In this document: positions 20,088 to 29,091 of the stretch, piece by piece
Layout: each line of letters opens with the position of its first letter
How positions within the stretch are numbered: position 1 is the first letter of the stretch
Source: Candidatus Eiseniibacteriota bacterium
GTDB lineage: Bacteria > Eisenbacteria > RBG-16-71-46
Direction of reading: 5' to 3'
DNA length: 64,000 nucleotides
Assembly (NCBI GenBank): GCA_046327815.1
Contig: JAXLXR010000002.1
Coordinates: forward strand, 382,422 to 446,421
Translations under genes and position numbers: made by a program
The notes under the pieces: model-generated
What the model was told of the DNA's origin: nothing
Seen by the model: the letters and a program-made list of their open reading frames with translations, nothing else
Databases searched by the model: none

Positions 20088-23000
20088 ATGCCCACGTCGC
20101 ACCGCTTCTCGCGCCTCGCCGGGTTCGCCGCCACGTTCGGACTGGTCATGGCCGCGTGCCCAGCCCTCGTGCATGCCGGTGCGTGTCCCGCACCCGTGGT
20201 CACCTCGATCGTGCCCGCCACGGTGCCCGCCGCCGGCGGCATCTCGCTCACGATCAACGGCTCGAACTTCACCGCGAACGGCAGCCCCAAGGTGACGATC
20301 GGCCTGCGCGACGTGCAGGTGCTGTCGGCCACCAACACGCAGCTCGTGGTCGTGGCGCCGCCGCAGGACGACGAGGCCACGCCGGCGATCCACGTGCGCC
20401 CCGGCAAGAACAAGCCGCTGCGGGTCACCCTCACGCGTTTCAGCTACGAACCTCCGGTCGTGGTTTCGGCACCGCCGGCGCTCGTGCCGCGCGGCGGCGG
20501 CACGGTGCTCACCGTGACGGGCTCCAACTTCCGCTGTTCCGCACCCGGCGCGTACGTCGAGGATCCCGCCACGGGCGGCACCTGCCCGGCGCAGGTGGTC
20601 GCGGCGGACGACACGTCCATCGTGATCCGCACCGAGGACTGCGACGACGGCAACACGAACTCCGACGAGCGCGTGCTGCACGTGACGCTCGCGCGCGAGG
20701 GCATCGTGCATCGCGATCTCGCTGCGCGGAACATCCTGCTGTCGGGCTCGCGCGCGAGTTCGGTGACTCCTGCGAGCGTGCCGTCTTCGGGTGGCACCGT
20801 CCTCACGATCGTCGGCAGCGGCTTCGCCGCCGGCAGCACGCCGCCCACCGCGCAGGTGTGCGTGGACGGTCGGTGCGCCGACGCGCGCGTCTCCTCGTAC
20901 ACGGACACGCAGGTCTTCGCGGTCGCGCCCCCGGCGCCCGTCGTGCCGTCGAACGCGCAGGGCCGCGTGGTGGTGACGACGAACGGCGTCGCCGGCTCGT
21001 CGTGCGCGCTCGACTACGACTCGACGCCGATCATCCGCGGTTCGCGCTCGTCGAGCCTGCCCGCGAGCGGCGGCTACCCGCTCACGATTCGGGGCGACAA
21101 CTTCGGGCCGAACATGCTCATGAGCTGCGACGACGGCTCGGGTTCGTCCGTGGTCGTGCCGACGACCGGCGTGGGACCCGGCGTGATCGTGGGCATCGTG
21201 GTGGGTTCGCCCGCGAGCACCATGAACGTCTCGCTGCTGCAGGCCGGGCACGCGTCGGCGCCGATCAGCCTGCCCGTGCTGCCGCCGCCCACGATCGGCA
21301 ACGCGTTCGCGCCGGCGAACGCGCTGGGTGGCGACGTCCTCACGATCTCCGGGACGAACTTCGGCCCGGCGTCGGCGTTGCACGACGTGCAGGTGAGCGT
21401 GAGGCAGAACGGCGTCACGACGCCGGCGGGGCCGGTGCGCTGGCTGGCGCCCGAGGCGCTCGGCGTGCGGTTGCCCGCAGGCGCCGCGGGGCCCGCCGAC
21501 GTCATCGTCAGCGTGAACGGCGTGAGCGCGACGCGCACCAACGCGATCACCTACGGCGGCACGGGCAACGGCAACGCGCCGATCGCGAGCACCATGCTGC
21601 CCACGAGCGTCGCGCGCGGCGGCGGCACGGTATTGACGATCTCGGGCTCGAACTTCGGCGCCGCGCCGCTCGTGCGTTTCGGGACCCAGGTGCTCACGCC
21701 CAATCCGCGCGGCAACACGTTCGCGGTCGTCACCACGCCGGCGCTCGCCGACATGGAAGAGAGCGTGCCGATCGAAGTGCTCGCGAACGGCAAGGAGTCG
21801 AACCCGCTCTACCAGGGTCCGAAGACCGAGACGACGAACCCGCTCGCCGGCGGCCAGCACTCGGCGTGGGCGGGCGGCACGCTGCTCACGATCACGGGCA
21901 GCGACTTCGTCGCGCAGTCGCGCGTGCTCGTCGAGACCGGCTCGGGCGCCTCGACGCTCGTGACGCCGGCGACGGTCGCGCCCAACCAGATCCGCTTCGT
22001 CTCGCCCGAAGTGAGCGGCCCCACCACCGTGACCGCGCGCGTCGTCAACGGTTCGGCCAGCTCGAACGCGCAGACGCTCGACTACGCGGGACCGGTGATC
22101 ACCGGCGTCTCCGCCGCGGCGCTCTCGCCCGCGGGCGGCGACGTCCTCACGATCACCGGCTCGGGCTTCGGCGCCGCGAAGGGGAAGACCTACTTCGAGA
22201 CCGGCGACATCCCGACGCAGGACTTCTGGTCGGACGACCAGATCGTGGTCACGACACCGCCACGCACGCCCGGCTGCCCGAGCAATCGTCCGTTCCGCGT
22301 GCAGTCGGCCGCGGGCCAGACGAGCACCGCGGTCACGTTCTCGTACACCGAGCCCGTCGTGGACGGGCCCGACTCGCCCGCGACCACCGCGATCGGCGGC
22401 TACCCGCTCACCATTCGCGGCGACAACTTCGGGCCGACCGCGCACCTCGTGTGGGCCGACGGTCTTCCGGGGCCCGACATCACCGTGACCAACCAGACGC
22501 GCACGAGCTTCGCCATCCTGCTCGGCTCGGGCAGCTCGGGCTCGCGGCTGATGAGCCTCGATTCCGACTCGCAGCGCCCGCCGGTGGCGTTCGCGCTCGA
22601 ACTGCTCGCGCCGCCGGAGTTGAGCGGCGTGTCGCCGCCGTCGGGCCCGCTCGCGGGCGGCAACACGATCACGATCCACGGCGCGAACTTCGGCCCGCCG
22701 GGCACGGCGCGCGCGGCGTGGTTCGCGGGCGAGGACGACTGCCCGTTCACGATCACCGACGAATCGCCGGGCACGCTCGTGTGCACGCTGCCGCCGGGCT
22801 CGAGCAGCGGCCTGCGCGACCTCGTCGTCGCGGTGGCGGGCGAGACCGACACGCTGTTCGCCGCGTACGAGTACGGCGGCACGACGGGCGTGGACGACGC
22901 CGTGCACGCGCCGCGCGCGCTGGCGCTCGCGGCGCTGCGTTCGCCGTTCGCGAGCGAGGCGACGCTGCGGTTGTCGCTGCCGCAGGCGGGCCGCTGGCAG

Positions 23001-23186
23001 CTCGTGCTGCACGACGTGCGCGGCGCGCAGGTGCGGCGTTTCGAAGGCGACGCGCCGGCCGGCGCGCTCGACCTGCGCTGGGACGGCCGCGCCGGCGACG
23101 GCCACGCGGCCGCACCGGGCGTGTACTTCGCACGGCTCACGGCGAACGGCGCGACGCGCGACGCGAGGCTCGTGAAGCTGCGCTGA
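20088..23186 (+). CDS. secreted IPT/TIG-repeat protein with a C-terminal Por/T9SS-type sorting domain
   Basis: Signal peptide. At least 10 tandem roughly 85-aa repeats of the pattern P.G.GGT.LTI.GSNFG. The C-terminal ~75 aa are (LVLHDVRGAQVRRFEG...WDGRAGDGHAAAPGVYFARL...RLVKL). Confidence 0.75.
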   Translation: MPTSHRFSRLAGFAATFGLVMAACPALVHAGACPAPVVTSIVPATVPAAGGISLTINGSNFTANGSPKVTIGLRDVQVLSATNTQLVVVAPPQDDEATPAIHVRPGKNKPLRVTLTRFSYEPPVVVSAPPALVPRGGGTVLTVTGSNFRCSAPGAYVEDPATGGTCPAQVVAADDTSIVIRTEDCDDGNTNSDERVLHVTLAREGIVHRDLAARNILLSGSRASSVTPASVPSSGGTVLTIVGSGFAAGSTPPTAQVCVDGRCADARVSSYTDTQVFAVAPPAPVVPSNAQGRVVVTTNGVAGSSCALDYDSTPIIRGSRSSSLPASGGYPLTIRGDNFGPNMLMSCDDGSGSSVVVPTTGVGPGVIVGIVVGSPASTMNVSLLQAGHASAPISLPVLPPPTIGNAFAPANALGGDVLTISGTNFGPASALHDVQVSVRQNGVTTPAGPVRWLAPEALGVRLPAGAAGPADVIVSVNGVSATRTNAITYGGTGNGNAPIASTMLPTSVARGGGTVLTISGSNFGAAPLVRFGTQVLTPNPRGNTFAVVTTPALADMEESVPIEVLANGKESNPLYQGPKTETTNPLAGGQHSAWAGGTLLTITGSDFVAQSRVLVETGSGASTLVTPATVAPNQIRFVSPEVSGPTTVTARVVNGSASSNAQTLDYAGPVITGVSAAALSPAGGDVLTITGSGFGAAKGKTYFETGDIPTQDFWSDDQIVVTTPPRTPGCPSNRPFRVQSAAGQTSTAVTFSYTEPVVDGPDSPATTAIGGYPLTIRGDNFGPTAHLVWADGLPGPDITVTNQTRTSFAILLGSGSSGSRLMSLDSDSQRPPVAFALELLAPPELSGVSPPSGPLAGGNTITIHGANFGPPGTARAAWFAGEDDCPFTITDESPGTLVCTLPPGSSSGLRDLVVAVAGETDTLFAAYEYGGTTGVDDAVHAPRALALAALRSPFASEATLRLSLPQAGRWQLVLHDVRGAQVRRFEGDAPAGALDLRWDGRAGDGHAAAPGVYFARLTANGATRDARLVKLR

Positions 23187-23340
23187 CGCCGCGTCACGGC
23201 ACGGAACGGCGGACCGGAACGCTCCGGTCCGCCGTTTCGCGTTGCCGGCGGGCCCCCTGCTACACTTTTCGCCGTTCCCGCGCCCTCGCCGGCGCTCGTT
23301 CCGGAGCCGTACCGGCCGCCCACACGAAAGCCCCACTTCC

Positions 23341-26300
23341 TTGCGCACACTCCTCCGTGGCGGCCTCGCCGCTCTCGTCGCCCTGTCCGCGTTCGCCGCC
23401 GCCGCCTTCGCGCTCTCGCCGAGCCCCGACTGGCGCGACCAGGTGATCTACCAGGTGATCACCGACCGCTTCGCGAACGGCAACACCGCGAACGACAACG
23501 CCGAAGGTTCGTACAACCCCAGCGACGGCGCCCGCACGCACGGCGGCGACTTCGTGGGTCTGCGCGGCAAACTCGACTACCTGCAGCAGCTGGGCGTGAC
23601 CACGCTGTGGATCTCGCCCGTCGTGATCAACACGGGTGGCGAGTACCACGGCTACGCGGCGAAGGACCTGTACACGATCTCGCCGCAGATGGGCACGAAG
23701 GCCGAACTGCAGGCGCTGGTCGCCGACTGCCACGCGCGCGGCATGTACGTGGTCATCGACGTGGTCTGCAACCACATGGGTACGCTGCTCACGAGCACGG
23801 CGCCGGGTTATCCCGCGTACAACTACCCGACCGGCTACCCGCTCTCGTGGCGCGACACGAACAAGAAGTACCCGGGCTTCTTCTCCGACCCCGCGAAGTT
23901 CCACAACTACGGCGACGTCTCGAACTGGTCGGGCACCGAGCAGGTCGTGGGCGCGATCTTCGGGCTCAACGACATCCGGACCGAGGACGCGAGCGTGCAG
24001 GCCGAGCTGGTCGCGGCGTACCGCCAGCTGATCGCCGACACCGACTGCGACGGCTTCCGCGTGGACACCGTGAAGCACGTGGACGGGGGGTTCTGGGACG
24101 TGTGGTGCCCGGGCATCCGCACGTGGGCCGCGACGCAGGGCAAGTCCGACTTCCTCATGTTCGGCGAAGTGTTCGACGGAGACGCGGCCGCGGGACCGTT
24201 CACCGGCACCATGGGCAGCGCCTCGTACCGGTTCGACTCGATGCTCTGGTACGGCATGTACTGGACCACGAACGGCGTGTGGGGCGGCAGCACGGCGCCC
24301 GTCGAGATCCAGAACACGTACGGCAACCTGTCGTACTTCGATCCCACGGTGCGCGAGCGGCTCGTCACGTTCCTCGACAATCACGACAACTCCCGCTTCC
24401 AGGGCGCCGGCGTCGCGAACCAGGACCAGTCGCGCGCGCGCACCGCGATCGCGTGGCTGCTCACCGCGCGCGCCATTCCCTGCCTGTACTACGGCACCGA
24501 GCAGGAGTTCGACGGCGGCAGCGATCCGTGGTGCCGCGAGGACATGTGGGCCGGGCAGTGGAACTTCGGTCCGTCGCTCGGCGACAACTTCAAGCAGTCG
24601 CACTCGCTGTTCCGCTGGACGCGCGACCTGATCGCGGTGCGCAAGCGCCACGACGCGCTGCGCCGCGGCGCGCTCACGCACCTGTACGCCGAAGCCGCGG
24701 GCGCGGGGCTGTACGCGATCGAGCGGCGCTCGGCGTCGGACACCGTCGTGGTCGCGATCAACAGCGCGAACGCGCCGGTCGCGCAGGTGCTCGCAACCGC
24801 GTGGCCGGCGGGCACGGTGCTCGTGGATGCGCTCGAACCGGCCGTGCGCGACACCGTGGCCGCCGGCGGCGTGCTGGTGCTGTCGCTGGGCGCGCGCGGG
24901 GCGCGCGTGTTCGAATCGCTCGCGGCGCACGCGGTCGCGGCGGCGCCCGTGCACGACCGCGTCGTCGTGACGGCGCAGTTCCCGGCGCACGACCAGTCGC
25001 TCAACGACCTGCGTTCGCCGCTCGTCGCGACGTTCGACCGCGCCGTGGACGGCGCGACGCTCGCCGCCTCGGCGTGGACCGCGCCCGCGGTGGCGGGTGC
25101 GTGGCAGGTGGACGGCCGCACGGCGAAGTTCTTCCCGGCCGCTCCGTGGCCGTCGTCCACCATCGTGTCGTGGGGATTCGGCGCGGCGCTGCGCGGCGCC
25201 GACGGCACGGCGCTGCGCGCGCCGTTCGAAGGCCGCTTCCGCACGACGGCCTATACGAGCGGCATCACGGTCGCGTCGGGCTTCGTCGCCGACCGCATCG
25301 CGCGCCAGAACCTGGGCGCGCCGGTCAGCGTGGTGGACGCGCCGTGGGCGGGCGAGCAGGCGATGCTCGTGGGCGACGTGAGCAAGGACCGCATCTTCAC
25401 GCTCACCACGGGCGGCGACTTCGGGCACTGGCTCGGCGACTCGCGCTGGACCAAGTCGTACGGACTCGTCCGCGGCTCCGACGGCCGCGTGACCGTGACC
25501 AACGGCACCGCGCTCTACGAAGTGGACGCGCGCCGGGTGGTCACGCCGCGTGCGGGCACGTACTCGGGCGCCAGCTTCGGCTCGCTCGCGCAGGCGGACG
25601 CCGCGTGGGGCGGGCAATTGCTGATGGGTGACCCGGCGGGCAACCGCATCGCCACGGTGACCGCGGCGAACACGCTCGTCACGTTCGCGAGCGGCGTGAA
25701 CGCGCCGCTCGGCATGGCGTTCGGTCCCGGCGGCGCGTGGGGCGCGTCGCTGTACGTGTGCGATCCCAACTACACCGCCGCGAACGCGTCACTCGACGGC
25801 GGCGCGCGGATCGCGCGGGTGACGAGCGGCGGCGCGGTGAGCACGTTCGTCGCCGACGCCACCGCGCTCAAGGGCGCGGGCGCGCTCGCGTTCGATCGCA
25901 CGGGCCGCTTCGGAGGCGACCTGTTCGTGGCCGACCTGCTCAACGAGCGCGTGCTGCGCGTCACCAGCGCGGGCGTGGTGAGCGTGTTCGCGACCGGGTT
26001 CGGCAACCTGTCGGGCACGCAGTGCATCGGTTTCGGTCCCGACGGCGCGCTGTACGTGGCCGACGCCGGCAGCGGCGATTCGTTCACGCGCCCGACCGGG
26101 CTGAACGCGCAGGGGCAGGTCGTGCGCATCGCGCCCACGGTGCTCGTCACCGGGGTCGCGCCCGGCGTCGCGTCCGGCCTGCGGCTCGCACCCGCATCGC
26201 CCAACCCGAGCGGCGGCGCGGTGGCGTTGCGCTGGACGCTGGCCGCGGGCGGTCGCGCGCGACTCGCGATCTACGACGTCTCGGGCCGTCACGTGCGCAC

Positions 26301-26451
26301 GCTCGCCGACGGCGCGATGACCGCGGGCGAGCACTCCACGCGCTGGGATGGCCGCGACGCGGCGGGCCGCCTCGCGGGCGCCGGGCTCTACTTCGCGCGC
26401 CTCGAAGCGGCGGGCGAGCGCCGCACCACGCGCGTGGTGCGGCTGCCCTGA
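23341..26451 (+). CDS. GH13 alpha-amylase-family catalytic domain fused to NHL repeats and a C-terminal Por/T9SS-type sorting domain
   Basis: GH13 regions GYHGY, DVVCNH, GFRVDTVKH, FLMFGEVFD and FLDNHD. Downstream NHL-like repeats, then the C-terminus LAIYDVSGRHVRTLADG...WDGRDAAGRLAGAGLYFARL...VVRL. Likely TTG start at 23341 giving the signal peptide (M)RTLLRGGLAALVALSAFAAAAFA. The track ORF starts at 23242. Confidence 0.8.
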   Translation: MRTLLRGGLAALVALSAFAAAAFALSPSPDWRDQVIYQVITDRFANGNTANDNAEGSYNPSDGARTHGGDFVGLRGKLDYLQQLGVTTLWISPVVINTGGEYHGYAAKDLYTISPQMGTKAELQALVADCHARGMYVVIDVVCNHMGTLLTSTAPGYPAYNYPTGYPLSWRDTNKKYPGFFSDPAKFHNYGDVSNWSGTEQVVGAIFGLNDIRTEDASVQAELVAAYRQLIADTDCDGFRVDTVKHVDGGFWDVWCPGIRTWAATQGKSDFLMFGEVFDGDAAAGPFTGTMGSASYRFDSMLWYGMYWTTNGVWGGSTAPVEIQNTYGNLSYFDPTVRERLVTFLDNHDNSRFQGAGVANQDQSRARTAIAWLLTARAIPCLYYGTEQEFDGGSDPWCREDMWAGQWNFGPSLGDNFKQSHSLFRWTRDLIAVRKRHDALRRGALTHLYAEAAGAGLYAIERRSASDTVVVAINSANAPVAQVLATAWPAGTVLVDALEPAVRDTVAAGGVLVLSLGARGARVFESLAAHAVAAAPVHDRVVVTAQFPAHDQSLNDLRSPLVATFDRAVDGATLAASAWTAPAVAGAWQVDGRTAKFFPAAPWPSSTIVSWGFGAALRGADGTALRAPFEGRFRTTAYTSGITVASGFVADRIARQNLGAPVSVVDAPWAGEQAMLVGDVSKDRIFTLTTGGDFGHWLGDSRWTKSYGLVRGSDGRVTVTNGTALYEVDARRVVTPRAGTYSGASFGSLAQADAAWGGQLLMGDPAGNRIATVTAANTLVTFASGVNAPLGMAFGPGGAWGASLYVCDPNYTAANASLDGGARIARVTSGGAVSTFVADATALKGAGALAFDRTGRFGGDLFVADLLNERVLRVTSAGVVSVFATGFGNLSGTQCIGFGPDGALYVADAGSGDSFTRPTGLNAQGQVVRIAPTVLVTGVAPGVASGLRLAPASPNPSGGAVALRWTLAAGGRARLAIYDVSGRHVRTLADGAMTAGEHSTRWDGRDAAGRLAGAGLYFARLEAAGERRTTRVVRLP

Positions 26452-26488
26452 ACCACGGCCGGCGCGGCTACGACGCCGCGCCGGACTC

Positions 26489-27316
26489 TTAGCGCCGCAC
26501 CGCCTGCTCGATCAGCGCGGTGTTCGGCACCGCGATCGTGGCGCCGTCGGCCTCGAGCAGCGTCTGCTGCGCCGAGATCGCCGCGATCACGCCGCGGCGA
26601 CCGTCCACCTCGAGCGTCTGGCCCGCGCCGAACACGCGGCGTGCGTAGAAGCCGGCGATCAGGTTGCGCGTCGCGTCGCGCGTGCCGAGCCCGAACGACA
26701 GCCCGAACGCGAGCGCGAGCCCCGAGAAGATCACGATCGTGAGGATGTTGAGGATGCGCGTGTCCACCTTGAGCTGGCCCAGCGCCACGATCGCGACCAC
26801 GAACAGCGTGAAGCCCGACAGTGCGCTGCCCAGCGAGCGCGCGAACGCGAGCCCGGAGTCGCGGGCGTAGTTCGTCGCCGCGTTGCCGAGGAACTGCCCG
26901 AGCGCGTTGCCGAGCACCAGGATGATGGCGGCCGAGAGCAGGTTGGGCAGGAACGCGAAGAACCCGGTGATGCCGTCGGAAATCGTCCGGAGCCCGACCA
27001 TGTCGGCGGCGCTCTGCACGAACAGCAGCAGCGCGAGCCAGAACACCATGCCGGGCACGCCGCGGCGCATGGGTTCGCGCACGCCGAGACGGCGGAAGCT
27101 GTCCATGAGGCCGGCGCGTTCGAGCGCCGCGTCGGCGCCGGCGCGCTGCATGACCTGCGCGAGCGAGAAGCGCACGAGCGAGGCGATCGCCCAGCCGATC
27201 AGCGTGAGGATCAGCGCGGTGATGAAGCGCGGTGCGAAGTTGACCGCTCCCGTGCCGAGCTGCTGCAGCACCTGCACGACGGCGCCCTGGATCGTGAACG
27301 TGGATTCCATGTGCAT
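26489..27316 (-). CDS. mechanosensitive ion channel, small MscS family
   Basis: Multiple TM helices followed by an MscS beta-domain (GQTLEVDGRRGVIAAISAQQTLLEADGATIAVPN). Start codons GTG 27319, ATG 27316 or ATG 27310 are all possible. Confidence 0.8.
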   Translation of the reverse strand: MHMESTFTIQGAVVQVLQQLGTGAVNFAPRFITALILTLIGWAIASLVRFSLAQVMQRAGADAALERAGLMDSFRRLGVREPMRRGVPGMVFWLALLLFVQSAADMVGLRTISDGITGFFAFLPNLLSAAIILVLGNALGQFLGNAATNYARDSGLAFARSLGSALSGFTLFVVAIVALGQLKVDTRILNILTIVIFSGLALAFGLSFGLGTRDATRNLIAGFYARRVFGAGQTLEVDGRRGVIAAISAQQTLLEADGATIAVPNTALIEQAVRR

Positions 27317-27558
27317 CACTCCTTGTCGCGGCGCTCGTCGCGCACGCCGAGCAGCTGGAAGAACGAACCGAGCATCTCGAGGAAGAACTCGCTGATGCCC
27401 CAGAAGGACATTTCCACGGCGCGCGCGCTCGTCTGGCGCGCGTTGACGCCGTCCATCACGCCGGCGAGGAAGCGTGCCGAAGGCTCCTCGCGCAGTTCCG
27501 CGAGCTCGCGCACGGGCTCGCCGGTACCGTCGTTCGTGGTGTCGCGCTCGTCGTTCAC
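27316..27558 (-). CDS. small hypothetical protein (80 aa) between the ECF sigma gene and mscS; candidate anti-sigma or coupling ORF
   Basis: The GTG start overlaps the sigma-factor stop (GTGA). Its own stop overlaps the mscS ATG by 1 nt. C-terminal hydrophobic stretch FWGISEFFLEMLGSFFQLLGV. No zinc-binding anti-sigma motif. Confidence 0.35.
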   Translation of the reverse strand: MNDERDTTNDGTGEPVRELAELREEPSARFLAGVMDGVNARQTSARAVEMSFWGISEFFLEMLGSFFQLLGVRDERRDKE

Positions 27559-28148
27559 GTCGCCTCCCGCGCGCCCGCCGTGGCGCCTGCCGTCGCCCGC
27601 GCCCAACGCGCGCGGAACTCGGCGCGCGCGCGGGCGATGCGCATCTTGACCGCCGACAGCCCGATCCCGAGCTCGCGGCGGATGTCCTCGTACGACAGTT
27701 CGTCCACGTCGCACATCACCAGCGGCACGCGCAGCGAATCGGGCAGCGAGTCGAGCACCTCGCGGATCAACGCCCGGCGCCGGTCGGCGTCGAGCCCGTC
27801 GAGCGCGCCGTCCTCCACGCGCAGTTCGGGCACCGCCGCGAGCTCGGGCTCGGACAGCTCCACGTACGTCTTCCCACGCTTCGACTGCAGGAAGTTCAGG
27901 CAGTGGTTCACCTTGATGCGCTGCAGCCACGTCGAGAACTTCGCGCGGCCCTCGAACGTGCCGAGCTTGAAGAACAGCTTCACGAACACTTCCTGCGCGA
28001 GATCTTCGGCGTCGTCGCGGGAACGGGTGAGATGGCGGCAGTTCACGAGCACCGCCGACTGGTGCCGTCGCACCAGCTCGGCGAACGCCTTGGTGTCGCC
28101 GTCGGGAGCCGCGAGTGCGGCGCGAACGAGAGTTTCGTCGGGATCCAT
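27555..28148 (-). CDS. RNA polymerase sigma-70 factor, ECF subfamily
   Basis: Sigma-2 region (DAEDLAQEVFVKLF...FSTWLQRIKVNHCLN) and sigma-4 region (SLRVPLVMCDVDELSYEDIRRELGIGLSAVKMRIARAR). RBS GGAAAGG before the ATG at 28148. Confidence 0.85.
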   Translation of the reverse strand: MDPDETLVRAALAAPDGDTKAFAELVRRHQSAVLVNCRHLTRSRDDAEDLAQEVFVKLFFKLGTFEGRAKFSTWLQRIKVNHCLNFLQSKRGKTYVELSEPELAAVPELRVEDGALDGLDADRRRALIREVLDSLPDSLRVPLVMCDVDELSYEDIRRELGIGLSAVKMRIARARAEFRARWARATAGATAGAREAT

Positions 28149-28778
28149 GAGCGACCTTTCCACTCGGACAGCGGCGGGGTGCCGAAAGTCACGTCGTTTT
28201 CACGAGGGCGACGGACACCGGCGACCGGAGGGGCTCCGGCACTCTATCCGGCGGCCATCCGGGAATGCATGTGACTTTCCGGAGTACTGCCGGTCTGAAG
28301 GTCGTGCCCGAACGGATCGGGCGGAACGCGGGCGCCGAGCCTCCTCGGCGTCGCACGCCGGACATCTCGCCTCAGGCGTTCCGTCCGCTCCTCGTGGGTA
28401 CGCAGGGAACGGTGCCCGCTCCGCGGTGTCACCCTCGGCCTGCGGCCGGCGTGCTTCCCCCGGCGCCGGCAGCCGGCGGCCCGTTCCCGTACGACGGTGA
28501 GGTGGCGTCCGAAGTGCCCACATCCAGGGAAGCAGGGGGGATACCGGGTACGGAGGGCGCCACCAGCCGATCCTCGCCGCGTCGAGCGGGCGGCGACGGT
28601 GCGCGCATGCAGCGGCGCCTGCGCGCGCCCGCGCGCGCACGCGCGCGGATCGGGGCGGGAAAAATCACCCGCCCCGGCGCGCTCAAGTGGGCTGCGGTGA
28701 TTCCGACACTCCCTCGTGCAGCCGCGGGTCCACGGACGGCCCGTCTTCCGACGACACCGTCCGACCGGAGGTGAGTGC

Positions 28779-29084
28779 ATGATCCGCCCCTTATCCGCGA
28801 CGCAGTCCGCGTTGCAGGGCCTGCAGGGTTCGCTGCGCCGGCTCGACCGCGCCGCCGAGACGATCGCGCGCGCCGGTCTCGACCTCGCGCCCGCCGCTCC
28901 GGTGCCGACCGACACCGCGGGCGGCACCACGGCCATCGTGCCGGCGACGAGCGACGACGACTTCCTCGACGCGATGGTGAACATGATGGTCGCGCAGCGC
29001 GCGTTCTCGGCTCAGCTGCGCATGCTCGAAACCGCGAACGACATGACGAAGGAAGCGATCGAACTGGGTGGTCGCGGGGCCTGA
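28779..29084 (+). CDS. small (101 aa) protein with a flagellar basal-body-rod C-terminal-like domain; isolated from any flagellar cluster
   Basis: Strong RBS GGAGGTGA 4 nt before the ATG. The C-terminal DFLDAMVNMMVAQRAFSAQLRMLETANDMTKEAIEL matches the Flg_bbr_C consensus (..MVN.I.AQRAYEAN.KVIQTADEML). The N-terminus is weakly rod-N-like. Confidence 0.5.
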   Translation: MIRPLSATQSALQGLQGSLRRLDRAAETIARAGLDLAPAAPVPTDTAGGTTAIVPATSDDDFLDAMVNMMVAQRAFSAQLRMLETANDMTKEAIELGGRGA

Positions 29085-29091
29085 TCCCGCG

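Noticed and set aside
28265-28774. Track ORF 28265-28774 (+, 169 aa) in the large intergenic region
   Set aside because: It has Arg/Pro/Ala-rich, low-complexity composition with no RBS or domain. It lies in a region better explained as regulatory DNA (a GC-alternating tract and a hairpin).
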